Below, in pieces: positions 8,626-16,940 of a DNA stretch of 23,329 nucleotides. Below the pieces are notes generated by a model. The model was not told where the DNA came from and ran no database searches. It worked only from the letters and a program-made list of their open reading frames with translations. Every line of letters starts with the position of its first letter. Positions within the stretch are counted from its first letter, which is position 1. Source of the stretch: Kofleriaceae bacterium (GTDB taxonomy: Bacteria; Myxococcota_A; Polyangia; Haliangiales; Haliangiaceae). Where the stretch lies: the NCBI GenBank assembly GCA_046597055.1, contig JBKJLC010000151.1:1-23329 (forward strand). Reading direction: 5' to 3'. The translations under genes and the position numbers were made by a program.

Positions 8626-10014
8626 TTGAGCCAGTCCCTTCGTATCGGCAGCGCTGTCCTCGCAACTCTGGTGATCGCCGTCGCCGCGCCTGGTGGCGCC
8701 GCCGCGGCGCCCAGGCTCCAGCTCACGCCGGAGGGGCACTGGATCCGCCCGGCCGACGGCTGCGGCACCCATCAGGTGAATCGCGCCGGGACCGTGCAGC
8801 AGCACCAGCGCGCGGCCGGCAGCCAGCGCACGGTCTATCTGAACCGCAACGGCGGCACGTATCAGATCGGTGGCGGCGGCGCGACCAACGCCGGCACCAA
8901 CGTCGCCTCGTCGAGCGTCAGCGCCGACGGCCGCGGCCGCACCGCGGTCATCCCGCCGCTGGCGGCCGGGTTCAACTGGTCCGCGATCGCGGCCTGCGTC
9001 CGCGTCCACTACGACAAGTACAACATCCGCGTGGTCGAGACCGAGCCCACCAGCGGCGACTACGTCGAGGCCGTGGTCGGCGGCTTCGGCACCGAGCTCG
9101 GCTTCGGGTCCGACGAGCTGTTCGGCATCGCCTCGGCCGACAACTTCTGCGGGGTCACCGAGCGCGGCATCGCGTTCAACTTCTCGGAGACCCATCGCCA
9201 GGTCCCGCGCAAGGACGACGAGCTGTGCGCGACGATCGCGCACGAGGTCGGCCACCTGCTCGCGCTCGAGCACGAGACCCTCGCCACCGACGTGATGTCG
9301 TACGTCCTCATCGCCGACTCGTCGACCAAGGCGTTCATCGATCAGAACGTCGCGTGCGGCGTCCAGCCCGGCCAGAACCAGCCGTGCTCGTGCGGCACCG
9401 CCCAGACCAACTCGCACGCGCGCCTCGCCCAGTTCGTGGGGACCCGTCCGACCGAGACCGTGGCGCCGACGATCACGCTGGTGTCGCCCGGCGACGACGA
9501 CCGGCTATCGCCGGCCTTCACCGTGGTCGCGACCGCGGCCGACGACCAGGCGATGGAGGGCGTGGCCCTGCTGCTCGACGGCTTCGAGATCGGCAACGAC
9601 TACGAGGCGGTGGGCGACCGCTACGAGATCGCGGTCACCGACATCGCCGAAGGCGAGCACACGCTCGCGGTCGAGGCGCGCGACCAGGCCGGCAACGTCG
9701 CGATGGTCCAGATCAGCGTCATCGTCGCCAAGCTGCCGGCCGGCGAGGTCTGCGTCTCGAGCGCCGAGTGTGCCGGTGCGGTGTGCGCCACCAGCGCCGA
9801 CGGGAACTTCTGCACCCAGACCTGCGACGTCGCCAGCGACAGCTGCCCGTCCGACTTCGCCTGCTCCGAGGTCGCGGTCGGGCCTGCGCTGTGCGTGCCC
9901 GACGAGGACGCCGGCGGCTGTTGCTCGACCGGCGGCGGTCACCCCGCCTCGACCGCGCTGCTCGTGGTCGGCCTCGGCCTGCTGCTGGTGCGCCGCCGGC
10001 GCCGCGCTGCCTGA
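8626..10014 (+). CDS. Secreted metzincin (matrixin/M10-like) zinc metalloprotease with Ig-like (Big) domain, Cys-rich module and MYXO-CTERM-like anchor
   Basis: TTG start with GGAG upstream and a signal peptide. HEVGHLLALEH (9241-9273) followed by Met-turn DVMSY. APTITLVSP...GEHTLAVEARDQAGN is an Ig-like pattern. C-terminus GGCC..TM..RRRRR. Confidence 0.85.
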   Translation: MSQSLRIGSAVLATLVIAVAAPGGAAAAPRLQLTPEGHWIRPADGCGTHQVNRAGTVQQHQRAAGSQRTVYLNRNGGTYQIGGGGATNAGTNVASSSVSADGRGRTAVIPPLAAGFNWSAIAACVRVHYDKYNIRVVETEPTSGDYVEAVVGGFGTELGFGSDELFGIASADNFCGVTERGIAFNFSETHRQVPRKDDELCATIAHEVGHLLALEHETLATDVMSYVLIADSSTKAFIDQNVACGVQPGQNQPCSCGTAQTNSHARLAQFVGTRPTETVAPTITLVSPGDDDRLSPAFTVVATAADDQAMEGVALLLDGFEIGNDYEAVGDRYEIAVTDIAEGEHTLAVEARDQAGNVAMVQISVIVAKLPAGEVCVSSAECAGAVCATSADGNFCTQTCDVASDSCPSDFACSEVAVGPALCVPDEDAGGCCSTGGGHPASTALLVVGLGLLLVRRRRRAA

Positions 10015-10055
10015 GGGCACCTCGGCGCCCGAGCCTCTGCTAGATTTGCCAGGAC

Positions 10056-11141
10056 ATGGCAAGCAAGCTGAAGGTTGGCGTCCTCGGCGCCACCGGTATG
10101 GTGGGCCAGCGCTTCGTCGCGCTGCTCGCTGATCACCCCTGGTTCGAAGTCGCCGCGGTCGCGGCGAGCCCCAGCTCCGCCGGCAAGGCCTACGCCGATG
10201 CCGTCGCCGGACGCTGGTCGCTCGCCACCCCGGTGCCCGACGCCGCGGCCCGGCTCCGCGTGACCGACGCGTCCGACGTCGCCACGATGGCGGACCAGGT
10301 CGACTTCGTGTTCTGCGCGGTCGACATGGCGAAGGAGGCGACGGCCAAGCTCGAGCTCGACTACGCGCGGGCCGAGGTCCCGGTGGTGTCGAACAACTCG
10401 GCGCACCGGTGGACGCCCGACGTCCCGATGATGATCCCCGAGATCAACGCCGATCATGCGGCGGTGATCGAGGCCCAGCGGAGCCGCCTCGGCGTCCGCC
10501 GCGGCTTCATCGCGGTCAAGCCCAACTGCTCGATCCAGAGCTACGTGCCCGCGATCCACCCGCTGCTCGCGTTCGGCCCCAAGCGGCTGGCGGTGTGCAC
10601 CTACCAGGCGATCTCGGGCGCCGGCAAGACGTTCGAGACCTGGCCCGAGATGGTCGACAACGTGATCCCCTTCATCAAGGGCGAAGAAGAGAAGAGCGAG
10701 CAGGAGCCGCTCAAGATCTGGGGCCACCTCGACGACGGCAAGATCGTGAACGCGACGGCCCCGGCGATCACGGCGCAGTGCTTGCGGGTGCCGGTGTCCG
10801 ACGGCCACATGGCCGCGGTGTTCGTCGCCTTCGAGCGCAAGCCGGGCAAGGACGAGATCCTGGCGGCGTGGAAGGAGTTCAGCGGCCGGCCGCAGGCGCT
10901 GGGCCTGCCCAGCGCGCCCACGCCCTTCCTGCACTACACCGACGAGGAGTCGCGGCCGCAGACCCGGCTCGATCGCGACGCCGGCAACGGCCAGGCGGTG
11001 ACGATCGGTCGGCTGCGCCCGGACGCGGTCTTCGACTGGCGGTTCGTGGCGCTGTCGCACAACACCGTGCGCGGCGCGGCCGGCGGCGCGGTGCTGACCG
11101 CCGAGCTGCTGACCGCCGACGGCTATCTCGGCGCTCGCTAG
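10056..11141 (+). CDS. asd: Aspartate-semialdehyde dehydrogenase
   Basis: KVGVLGATGMVGQRF nucleotide-binding motif, SNNSAHR, VPMMIPEIN, catalytic PNCS, QAISGAG, RVPVSDGH, HNTVRGAAG. Confidence 0.97.
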   Translation: MASKLKVGVLGATGMVGQRFVALLADHPWFEVAAVAASPSSAGKAYADAVAGRWSLATPVPDAAARLRVTDASDVATMADQVDFVFCAVDMAKEATAKLELDYARAEVPVVSNNSAHRWTPDVPMMIPEINADHAAVIEAQRSRLGVRRGFIAVKPNCSIQSYVPAIHPLLAFGPKRLAVCTYQAISGAGKTFETWPEMVDNVIPFIKGEEEKSEQEPLKIWGHLDDGKIVNATAPAITAQCLRVPVSDGHMAAVFVAFERKPGKDEILAAWKEFSGRPQALGLPSAPTPFLHYTDEESRPQTRLDRDAGNGQAVTIGRLRPDAVFDWRFVALSHNTVRGAAGGAVLTAELLTADGYLGAR

Positions 11142-11155
11142 CAACGGCCGGCGGC

Positions 11156-11590
11156 ATGGCGATCGTCCCGTCGACGCTCCGCCTGCCCTTCCACGCCGCC
11201 GCCCGGTTCAGCCTCGAGCAGCTGCTGGTCGCGCAGCTCGACTGTCCGTGGTCGGAGGCGTGGATCCTGCGCGAGATGTTCGCGCTCAGCGGCCCCGAGC
11301 TCGGGTTCGCGCGCGTGATGCTCGAGCGCCGGCGCAACCTGTGGCTGTACCGGACCAACCAGCGCCGCTACTGCGGCGACTTCGTCGCGATCGACATGTC
11401 GGCGCCGCGCCACCGGCGCGCCTACGCGCTCGAGCTCAAGGCCGGCGAGCCGGTCCGGACCGGCGTCGGGGGCCGCCAGTTCCTCGGCCTGCCGCGGGCG
11501 CTCGCCGAGCTGGCCGCGGTCATCGGAGACGGCGTGGTGCTCACCGCCCAGGGCGACGGCGACGGCCTGCTGCGCTGGATCGGGCGCTGA
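11156..11590 (+). CDS. Hypothetical 144-aa protein, possible PD-(D/E)xK nuclease-like fold
   Basis: ATG 14 nt after the asd stop; protein-like composition. GDFVAID...YALELK resembles the D...(D/E)xK core. Confidence 0.65.
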   Translation: MAIVPSTLRLPFHAAARFSLEQLLVAQLDCPWSEAWILREMFALSGPELGFARVMLERRRNLWLYRTNQRRYCGDFVAIDMSAPRHRRAYALELKAGEPVRTGVGGRQFLGLPRALAELAAVIGDGVVLTAQGDGDGLLRWIGR

Positions 11591-11613
11591 CCGCGGCACA
11601 CCCGGGGCGCAGG

Positions 11614-11664
11614 TGGAACATGTTCTATTTTCGAGCTCGTGGCCCCGGGCCCGCGTGCTAGCGT
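11614..11664 (+). promoter_or_regulatory. Palindromic operator TGGAACATGTTCTA (11614-11627) plus extended -10 TGcTAGCGT (-10 at 11659-11664)
   Basis: Matches TnnAACnnGTTnnA. The -10 ends 7 nt before ATG 11672, with no SD sequence. Confidence 0.75.
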
Positions 11665-11671
11665 CTCGGCC

Positions 11672-12127
11672 ATGACAGCCCGGGCCGGGTCGATCGTCGG
11701 TGTGATCGTGTCGGTGGGGCTGCTGGCCCGCGCCGCGAGCTCGAACCCACCGCCGGTGCCGCCGGCCGCCTCCGCGGCGGTCGCGGCCGCCGAGGCGCCG
11801 CGCGGCATGGTCGCGTTCGTCGCCGGGGCCGCGTGCCCGCCGGGGTGGCAGGTCTCGACCCTCGCCGCCGGGCGCGTGCTGGTCGGCACCGACCGGGCCG
11901 AGGCGGTCGGCCGCGTGGTCGGCGAGCCGCTCGGCGCCGAGGAGGATCGCGCCCACGTCCACGCGCTGGGCGTCGCGAACCTCACCCTGCCGGCGCGGGC
12001 GATCGCCGGCGCCGACGGCGGCAACCACAACGGCGCGGCCTCCGGCGCCCAGCCGCTCACCGGGACCACCGGGGCGGCCAGCTCGGGGCTGCCGTTCGTG
12101 CAGCTCCCCGCGTGCGTGTCGCCGTGA
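11672..12127 (+). CDS. Exported phage tail-collar-like protein (one domain)
   Basis: Signal-like N-terminus ending ARA. PRGMVAFVAGAACPPGW...GRVLVG...VG...HVH...PFVQLPAC matches the collar/short tail-fibre pattern. Confidence 0.72.
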   Translation: MTARAGSIVGVIVSVGLLARAASSNPPPVPPAASAAVAAAEAPRGMVAFVAGAACPPGWQVSTLAAGRVLVGTDRAEAVGRVVGEPLGAEEDRAHVHALGVANLTLPARAIAGADGGNHNGAASGAQPLTGTTGAASSGLPFVQLPACVSP

Positions 12128-12963
12128 GCCGCGCGCAGCGAGGCGGCCGGCTCGCCACGATCCTGGCGGCGGCGCTCGCGGGCGCGTGCGCCGGCAGCTC
12201 GGCCGGCGGCGACGCGCCGGTGGACGCCGTGGTCGAGCCCGAGCCCGACGCGGCCGTGACCACGCGCGGCGACGGCTTCCCGCCCGGCGCGATCTCGTTC
12301 TTCATGGCGACGTTCTGCCCGGCCGGCTGGTCGCCGTACGCTGACGCGGTCGGGCGCACGATCATCCCGTCGCCCGGGGCGGGCGCCGGCATGCCGGTCG
12401 GCACCGCGTGGGCCGCCAACCAGGAGCCGGCCCACCGCCACGCCCTCGCGATCGCGGTCGATCTGCCGGCGGTCAGCTACGTCGGCATCGTCGGCGGCGG
12501 CAACCACGGCGTCACCCGTGGCGGCCGGGTCGAGGGCACCGCGGCCACCGACGCGACCGTCGACGCGGTGCCCTACGCGCAGCTGCGGGTCTGCCGCAAG
12601 ACCGCGCCGTCCGGCGACCGGACACCCCCGCGCGGCGTGATCGCGTTCTTCGCCACCCCGGCGTGCCCGGCGCCGTGGACCGAGGCGGCGACCGCGCTGC
12701 ACGGCCGGGTGATGGTCGCGCTGCCGGCCGGCGGCACCCCGGGGGCGACCTTCGGGGGCGAGCCGCTGGCGCCGGGCGAGGCGCGCACCCACGTCCATCC
12801 GGTGACCGCCACCCTGGCCGCGGCCGCCCACGGCATCGGGCTGGCGAGCGGCTGCTGCGGCGGGGGCTACGGCGCGGCCGGCACCCACGTGACCACGACC
12901 ACCGCGGCGCCCGCGCCGGTCGACGTGCCGTACCTCCAGCTGCTCGCCTGCCTGGCGCCGTGA
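12124..12963 (+). CDS. Lipoprotein with two tandem tail-collar-like domains
   Basis: GTG overlaps the upstream TGA (GTGA). Lipobox-like LAGA-C. Domain 1: PPGAISFF..CPAGW..GRT..HRH..PYAQLRVC. Domain 2: PRGVIAFF..CPAPW..GRV..HVH..PYLQLLAC. Confidence 0.75.
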   Translation: MSRAQRGGRLATILAAALAGACAGSSAGGDAPVDAVVEPEPDAAVTTRGDGFPPGAISFFMATFCPAGWSPYADAVGRTIIPSPGAGAGMPVGTAWAANQEPAHRHALAIAVDLPAVSYVGIVGGGNHGVTRGGRVEGTAATDATVDAVPYAQLRVCRKTAPSGDRTPPRGVIAFFATPACPAPWTEAATALHGRVMVALPAGGTPGATFGGEPLAPGEARTHVHPVTATLAAAAHGIGLASGCCGGGYGAAGTHVTTTTAAPAPVDVPYLQLLACLAP

Positions 12964-13730
12964 CCGAGCCCGACTTCCCCGCCGGCGTCGCCGCCGTGCT
13001 CGGCGGCAGCGGCGGCATCGGCCGCGCGATCGTCGAGCGACTCGCCGAGCACGGCGCCAGCGTCGCGCTCACCTATCGCGGCAACCAGGCCGCGGCCGAG
13101 GCGGCGGCCCGCGCCGCCCGCGCCGCCGGCGTCGCGGCCTCGACCCACCGGCTCGAGCTCGGCGATCCGACCGCGGTGCGCGACTTCTTCGACCAGCTCC
13201 GCGACCACTACCGGCGGGTCCACACCGTGGTCCATGCCGCCGGCTCGGCGATCGGTCAACCGTTCATCGGCGAGGTCGAGCCCGCGCAGTGGCGCGCGGT
13301 GATCGAGGCCGACGTCAACGGGGTGTTCGACGTGGTCCACAGCTCGCTGCCGCTCCTGCGCGACGGCGGCGGCTCCTACGTCTTCCTCAGCTCGGCCGGG
13401 CTCGAGCGCTATCCGGCCGGCGACATCCTGTCGGTCGCCCCCAAGGCGGCGGTCGAGGCCCTGCTGCGCGGCCTGGCCCGCGAGGAGGGCCGCCACGGCG
13501 TCCGCGCCAACAGCGTCGCCCTCGGGGTGATCGACGCTGGCATGTTCCCGCGCCTGGTCGAAGGTGGGCAACTGTCGGCAGTGTGGGTCGAGGCGGCCCG
13601 CCGCAACGTGGCGCTGCGTCGGTTCGGCAACGCCGGCGAGGTCGCCGACGCGGTGGTGTTCCTGGCGTCGCGCCGGGCCAGCTACGTGACGGGCCAGCGG
13701 CTCTTGCTCGATGGGGGCTACTCGATCTGA
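12960..13730 (+). CDS. Short-chain dehydrogenase/reductase (FabG/FabL-like) with an atypical active site
   Basis: GTGA overlap with the upstream gene. GGSGGIG, HAAG, LSS, KAAVEAL, GVRANSVALG, FLAS..ASYVTGQ.L.LDGG. Confidence 0.92.
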   Translation: MTEPDFPAGVAAVLGGSGGIGRAIVERLAEHGASVALTYRGNQAAAEAAARAARAAGVAASTHRLELGDPTAVRDFFDQLRDHYRRVHTVVHAAGSAIGQPFIGEVEPAQWRAVIEADVNGVFDVVHSSLPLLRDGGGSYVFLSSAGLERYPAGDILSVAPKAAVEALLRGLAREEGRHGVRANSVALGVIDAGMFPRLVEGGQLSAVWVEAARRNVALRRFGNAGEVADAVVFLASRRASYVTGQRLLLDGGYSI

Positions 13731-13758
13731 CGGCGCCGAGGTGATACTAACCGCGGTC

Positions 13759-14979
13759 GTGTCCGAACAAGCCGATCGCCGGCGCCACCATGGTGACGAC
13801 CTGCGCGGCGCGACCCGCCTCATCATCGAGGCGACCCGCGGCGTGACGGCGGTGGTCGAGGCGATGCACCACACCATCGCCGGTGGCCCGGAGCTGCTGG
13901 GCAAGCCGCTGGCGGTGCCGAGTCGCATCCTGACCCGGGTCGTCTACGGCGGCATCCGCGGCGTGACCACGCTGGTCGGCGCCGGCATCGATCAGGTCCT
14001 GGTGCGGCTGGGCGCCGTGCTCGGCGCCAGCGCGCCCGGGCCCGAGCGCGAGGCGGTCCACGCCGCGCTGAGCGGCGTGCTCGGCGACTACCTGCACGAG
14101 ACCGGCAACCCGCTGGCGATCACGATGCGCCTGCGCCACCTGGGCGCGCCGCTCGAGCTGAGCGCGGCCGCCCTGCAGGCGGCCCACCCGGGCGCGGCCG
14201 GACGGGTCCTGCTCCTGATCCACGGCGCGTGCGGAAATGACCTGCAGTGGAACCGGCGCGGGCAAGACCAGGCCGCCGCGCTCGCCCGCGACCTCGGCTA
14301 CACGCCGCTCTACCTGCACTACAACAGCGGCCTCCACGTCTCGACCAACGGCGCGGCGCTGGCGGGGCTGCTCGAGGAGCTGGTCGCAGCCTGGCCGGTG
14401 CCGCTCGAGGAGCTCGCGATCGTCGCTCACAGCATGGGCGGGCTGGTCGCCCGCAGCGCGTGCCATGCCGGTGACACCGCCGGCCACCGCTGGCGGCCCC
14501 TGCTGCGCAGCCTGGTGTGCCTGGGCACGCCCCACCACGGCGCGCCGCTCGAGCGCGGCGGCAGCTGGATCGACCAGCTGCTCGGCATCAGCCGCTACAG
14601 CGCGCCGCTCGCGCGCCTGGGTCAGATCCGCAGCGCCGGCGTGACCGACCTGCGCTTCGGCAACGTGCTCGACGAGCACTGGGTCGGCCGCGATCGGTTC
14701 GCGCACGGCGACGACCCGCGCGGGCCGGTGCCGCTGCCGGCCGGGGTCCAGTGCTACGCGATCGCGGCGACCACCGCGCGCGCCGATGCCGGCAGCCTGC
14801 CCGGCGACGGCCTGGTGCCGGTCTCGAGCGCGCTCGGCCAGCACGCGCACAAGGCGATGACGCTGGGCTTCCTGCCCGAGCACCAGTGGATCTGCCTCGG
14901 CACCACCCACATGGATCTGCTCGCCCGGCCCGAGGTCTACGCCAAGCTGCGCGAGTGGCTCACGCGGACGGCTCGCTGA
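13759..14979 (+). CDS. Alpha/beta hydrolase, lipase/esterase (PGAP1-like); start uncertain (GTG 13741 or 13759)
   Basis: LLIHG oxyanion strand, YNSGLH, nucleophile AHSMGG, LGTPHHGAP, GDGLVP, C-terminal HMDLL. Confidence 0.88.
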   Translation: MSEQADRRRHHGDDLRGATRLIIEATRGVTAVVEAMHHTIAGGPELLGKPLAVPSRILTRVVYGGIRGVTTLVGAGIDQVLVRLGAVLGASAPGPEREAVHAALSGVLGDYLHETGNPLAITMRLRHLGAPLELSAAALQAAHPGAAGRVLLLIHGACGNDLQWNRRGQDQAAALARDLGYTPLYLHYNSGLHVSTNGAALAGLLEELVAAWPVPLEELAIVAHSMGGLVARSACHAGDTAGHRWRPLLRSLVCLGTPHHGAPLERGGSWIDQLLGISRYSAPLARLGQIRSAGVTDLRFGNVLDEHWVGRDRFAHGDDPRGPVPLPAGVQCYAIAATTARADAGSLPGDGLVPVSSALGQHAHKAMTLGFLPEHQWICLGTTHMDLLARPEVYAKLREWLTRTAR

Positions 14980-15823
14980 AGCACAGCGCCTCGAGCCAGG
15001 CCTCGGCCGGGCCCCGCCGCAAGACCCCGCCGAGATCGAACAGGGCCAGCTCGTCGATGCCGGCGCGGCGGGCCAGCGCCACGTCGCGCGCGAGCTCGAC
15101 CACGTCGCGGTAGGCCGGCTCGTCGCCGAACGCGCCGGTCCCGACCGTGCCGAGCGACAGCGCGGCCCGCGCGCCGAACCGGGCGCGCGCCAGCCGGGCG
15201 CAGCCGACCAGCAGCGCCTCGGCGCGGCGGCGGCCGACCAGCCCGCGCGACCAGCCCTCGAACAGCGACGTGTACGCCATCATGCTGTGACTGTCGACCG
15301 GCAGCGCCGACGCCGGCGTGCCGAGCACGCGCTGCAGCCACTGGCCGCGCAGCTCGACCGCGAGCATCGGCATCACCGCGGTGGTCACCCGACGGGTCGC
15401 CCCCCAGCGGGTCACCGCGGCCACCAGGTCGGCGCGCGCGGTCCGGTACGCCAGCGGCGACGGGGTCTGCCGCCAGGTCGGGTCGCCCTCCTTCCAGCGG
15501 GTCAGCAGCGCCAGCGGCGGCTCGAGATCGAGGATCACCTCGTCGACGAACGGGACCCGCGCCAGCAGCTGGTCGCCGAACGCCGCGAACTTCGCGCTCG
15601 AGGCGACGCTGGCCCAGCGGCCATCGTGATCGGCCAGCATCGGCCACAGGGCGACGTACAGCCCGGCGCCCTGCAGTCGACGCACCAGCTCGGCAACCTC
15701 GGGCAGCTGCCAGGGCCGGACCGCCAGCAGCAGGTCGACGTGGTAGCGCCCGAGCAGCGCGGCCAGCGGCGGCTGCGCGACCTGGTCGTACGTCAACGTC
15801 TCGCACCACACCCGTCGGCGCAC
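14960..15823 (-). CDS. Hypothetical TIM-barrel protein, glycoside hydrolase (GH18)-like motifs
   Basis: Alternating beta/alpha pattern. DEVILDLEP resembles the GH18 DxxDxDxE region, and D...MMAY resembles the MxYD strand. No signal peptide. 20-bp convergent overlap with the hydrolase gene. Confidence 0.65.
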   Translation of the reverse strand: MRRRVWCETLTYDQVAQPPLAALLGRYHVDLLLAVRPWQLPEVAELVRRLQGAGLYVALWPMLADHDGRWASVASSAKFAAFGDQLLARVPFVDEVILDLEPPLALLTRWKEGDPTWRQTPSPLAYRTARADLVAAVTRWGATRRVTTAVMPMLAVELRGQWLQRVLGTPASALPVDSHSMMAYTSLFEGWSRGLVGRRRAEALLVGCARLARARFGARAALSLGTVGTGAFGDEPAYRDVVELARDVALARRAGIDELALFDLGGVLRRGPAEAWLEALCFSEPSA

Positions 15824-15826
15824 GAT

Positions 15827-15841
15827 GTCGATAGTATCGAC
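15827..15841. promoter_or_regulatory. Palindrome GTCGATA-G-TATCGAC containing back-to-back -10 elements (bidirectional promoter candidate)
   Basis: TAGTAT on + ends 8 nt before ATG 15846. TACTAT on - ends 7 nt before GTG 15823. Confidence 0.6.
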
Positions 15842-15845
15842 CGCG

Positions 15846-16931
15846 ATGAGGATTCTCTATGGTGTCGTCGGCGAAGGCATGGGGCACGCGATGCGATCCC
15901 GCGTGGTGCTCGAGCACCTGATCGCGGCCGGACACACGGTCGAGATCATGGCGTCGGGCCGGGCCGCCGGGTTCCTCGGCAAGCGGTTCGCCGACGTCAA
16001 CCCGATCCACGGCCTGCACATGATCCTCGACGAGAACCGGGTCCGGCTCGGCAAGACCCTGTGGTCGAACGTGATCAACGGCGTGCTCGGCCTGCCCGGC
16101 AACATCGCCGCGTACTTCGAGCTCATCACCGAGTTCCACCCGGAGGTCGTGATCAGCGACTTCGAGTCGTGGACGTACCTCTACGGCAAGAATCACGGCC
16201 TGCCGATCCTGTCGATCGACAACATGCAAGTGATCCACCGGTGCACGCTGCCCGACGAGATCATCGAGGGCCACCAGGTCGCGTTCCAGCTGACCAAGGC
16301 GTTCATCAAGTCCAAGCTGCCGTTCTGCGACGCCTACTTCGTGACGTCGTTCTTCCAGCCGCCGCCGCGCAAGCCCAGCACCTATCTGTTCCCGCCGATC
16401 CTGCGTCCCGAGATCCTGGCGGCGACGCCCGGCGCCGGCGAGCACCTGCTGGTCTACCAGCCCGGCCCCAACGAGCCGCTGCAGGCCGCGCTGGCCGCCG
16501 CCGGGGTCGAGTGCCGCATCTACGGCATGCGCCCGGGCCTCGAGGCCGAGGAGCGCGCCGGCCGCCTGCGGTTCTTGCCGTTCAGCGAGGCCACCTTCAT
16601 CGCCGACCTGGCGACCTGTCGCGGCGTGATCGCGCCGGGCGGGTTCACGCTGATGGGCGAGGCGGTGTTCTTGCACAAGCCGATGCTGTCGATCCCGCTG
16701 GCCGGGCAGTTCGAGCAGATCCTGAACGCGCGCTACCTCGAGCGGCTCGGCTACGGCCTGAGCGCCGACGAGGTCGACGACCCGGCCCTGGTGGCGCGGT
16801 TCCTCGAGCGGCTGCCCGACTGCGCGCGCGCGCTCGCGAGCTACCAGCAGGATGGCAACCGCCACATCCTGTCGGGGGTCGATCAGTTTCTGGCCCGGGC
16901 CGGCGGCGACGCGTCGATGACGCTGCCCTGA
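15846..16931 (+). CDS. GT-B glycosyltransferase, MJ1255/VC2487-like family
   Basis: MRILYGVVGEGMGHA N-terminus (start re-called from 15825), VISDFE, SIDNM, PPILRPE, GGFTLMGEA, KPML.IP..GQFEQILNA. Confidence 0.9.
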   Translation: MRILYGVVGEGMGHAMRSRVVLEHLIAAGHTVEIMASGRAAGFLGKRFADVNPIHGLHMILDENRVRLGKTLWSNVINGVLGLPGNIAAYFELITEFHPEVVISDFESWTYLYGKNHGLPILSIDNMQVIHRCTLPDEIIEGHQVAFQLTKAFIKSKLPFCDAYFVTSFFQPPPRKPSTYLFPPILRPEILAATPGAGEHLLVYQPGPNEPLQAALAAAGVECRIYGMRPGLEAEERAGRLRFLPFSEATFIADLATCRGVIAPGGFTLMGEAVFLHKPMLSIPLAGQFEQILNARYLERLGYGLSADEVDDPALVARFLERLPDCARALASYQQDGNRHILSGVDQFLARAGGDASMTLP

Positions 16932-16940
16932 GCGGCGGGA

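Noticed and set aside
11614..11627. Palindrome as a LexA/SOS box
   Set aside because: The Gram-positive box is GAAC-N4-GTTC; here the spacer is N2, and the downstream genes are not DNA-repair genes.
11672..12963. Prophage or contractile injection system
   Set aside because: No sheath, tube, baseplate, capsid or integrase genes nearby, and the collar proteins carry host export signals.
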